This document shows positions 62,235 to 64,000 of a stretch of 64,000 nt of DNA, in pieces; within the stretch, counting starts at the first letter, position 1, and the number at the start of each line of letters is the position of its first letter. The position numbers were made by a program, and so were the translations under genes. The notes under the pieces are model-generated. The model was given only the letters and a program-made list of their open reading frames with translations. It was not told where the DNA came from and made no database searches. This DNA is from Camelus ferus (taxonomy: Eukaryota), in the NCBI RefSeq assembly GCF_009834535.1, contig NC_045698.1, positions 7,504,001-7,568,000 on the forward strand, in the 5' to 3' direction.

Positions 62235-62555
62235 CAAGGGTTTTTAACTCAAGGGACACAAATAAAAATCAAGGTCCCCCTGAGCTAGGCTGGGGGAAAA
62301 CAAAACAAAATACAAACCCTGTGTTTTTATTTTCCTTCTCTTTTCACTATGAATTCAGCAACAAGCCATAGCAGTATCAGCAGGACCTGTAATTTTTATA
62401 TCATGTTACTGCTGTTGACCGATATCTTGAAATACAGTTTATATTCATCACTACTTCAATGTGAGAGCAGGGATCAGAGCAAACTTGAAAGCTGGTGATA
62501 AAACATTTAATAAATAAATATATCACGGTTTAAAATATTTTGATAAGTGCATTCA
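62235..62555 (+). mobile_element. Old hAT-Charlie-type non-autonomous DNA transposon fragment
   Basis: caagggtttttaact end plus tatgaattcagcaacaagccatagcagtatcagcaggacctgt...gatatcttgaaat...catcactacttc...aaatattttgataa motifs. Confidence 0.5.
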
Positions 62556-64000
62556 TACCTCTCATGGTGAGAAAACCTTTATTATAAGGAAACAAAAACA
62601 AAATCAGGAAAAATATACAGGAAGAAATTTGAAAGTATTTGAAAACCGGGAAACCTAGGTGTGCAGATGGCAGGACCGCGTTTTAGGAGGGTAGGGGTTT
62701 CCCATGTGGGTCCTTCCTAGAGGTGAGCCTCCAATGTGGCTGTGACCTTCCCTGCACCCATAGTGAGGGGAATCATGTGGACAGCTGGCGAGCTGCTATT
62801 TTTAGAGGGGAGAGAAGGGAGGCCCCACAGGGCAGGTGCCACAGAGGGTTAGATGCCGTAGTCTGACGTCCCGGGTCTGCCCTTAGGAGGATGTGGCTGC
62901 ATCTCGTCCTAGACAGAATCTGTGAAGTAATGGCAATGGCTCCAACCCCCCCCCGGGGAGTAACTTCCCAGCCCACAGCCTGCTGATGCTTGCGCCCACC
63001 TCCAGGTGACACTCAGGTGGCCGAGTCTCACGGCTGTGGCCCGCTCCACTCTCCCCACCGGACATCAGGAGACGCCTGACCCTGTGGGTCCCCACAGCGA
63101 CATCCTCTGACCTTGAGACACTCAGGCCAGCGGCAGTGCTCTGCCTGTCCTGTGGGCTGCTTAACAGGCAGTCCCTGAGGCCCCAGGCAAAGGCCCCTGT
63201 AAAACAATAGCTTGGTCCCTTCTAGGTGAACAGCCCCCCTTGAAAGCAATTCACAAGAGTTTATCTGGGGAGGAAGCAAAAGAAAACGTGAAGAATTAAC
63301 ACAACCGTCAGGGAAAGGAGTGGGTGAATGAAGGCTTCTAGGCAAACAAGGCCGTTTTGCCGATGCCTCGGAGAGGGGTGGGCAGGCTGCTGCAGGAAGG
63401 GACGCTCTCCTGCCTTGTCCATCATCCGTGCCCCGGGGCCGTGAAAACTCGCCGCGGAATTTATCACTTTCTTCACATGTCAGCTTGTCACATGTAACAA
63501 TTAATTTATGATCCCAAATTGGACCCGACAAGAAGCCTCTTGACGATATGGCATGCCTGGATTCAGCAGAGATGAACACTGTTTTAATTTCTCCAGCAGA
63601 GATGCAAGGATCAACCCGGGCTGCTTTTATAATTTCTGTAGCACTCAACCCAGCGCCCACCTCATGGCCACGTGGCCCCTTCCTCTGACAGCTGTGGCCA
63701 GTTTTAGGAAGCATGGTAACCCAGGGTTGCTTACTGATCATTCACAGTCTTCAGAGGTACACAGGAAGTGAGGAACAGAAGCAGAAATGGAGTGCCACCA
63801 ACGGAGAGTCAGTGGGAAAACAAGGCTGAATAAACTCTGACATCATGACAGGAAAGGGAAGAACATTTGATTGGGGAACCTGATTTACGATGAACTTTTC
63901 AGGAACACATCAGTGGTGCCAAGCAAACACCCTCTGGCATCTAGACATCCGTGGACAGCCAGAGGAAGTCTCATCTCGACCTCTCCTCCCTCCTACAGGC

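Noticed and set aside
63028..63741. 237-aa minus-strand ORF
   Set aside because: No recognisable protein features and not DAP exon 2 (no KAGGMRIVQK-like sequence); likely chance in GC-rich DNA.

Overview
Mammalian genomic DNA, most likely a camelid (five copies of a short tRNA-derived SINE resembling camelid Vic-1). The gene order matches the ANKRD33B-DAP interval of human 5p15.2. On the + strand are the last two coding exons of ANKRD33B (4737-4877 and 13033-13862) and a probable long 3' UTR running to about 20.16 kb. On the - strand, tail-to-tail, are the last two coding exons of DAP/DAP1 (37797-37839 and 36121-36234) with a probable poly(A) signal at 34413-34418; 37840-64000 is DAP intron 2. 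The rest is intronic or intergenic and rich in MIR, L2, L1, MER20/MER58/MER5, MaLR/ERVL LTRs, two well-preserved ERV1-type solo LTRs and microsatellites. Repeat family names were recognised by eye and their edges are approximate unless a target-site duplication (TSD) is quoted. Almost all other ORFs in the track are noise. I found no evidence of a wholly new multi-gene system. The best leads are regulatory or splicing-related: a young solo LTR with an NF-Y/SOX/octamer motif array antisense within DAP, an open alternative frame in DAP exon 4 reachable by skipping the 43-nt exon 3, a candidate UG-repeat cryptic poison exon, and a microsatellite-built splice acceptor in the ANKRD33B 3' UTR.
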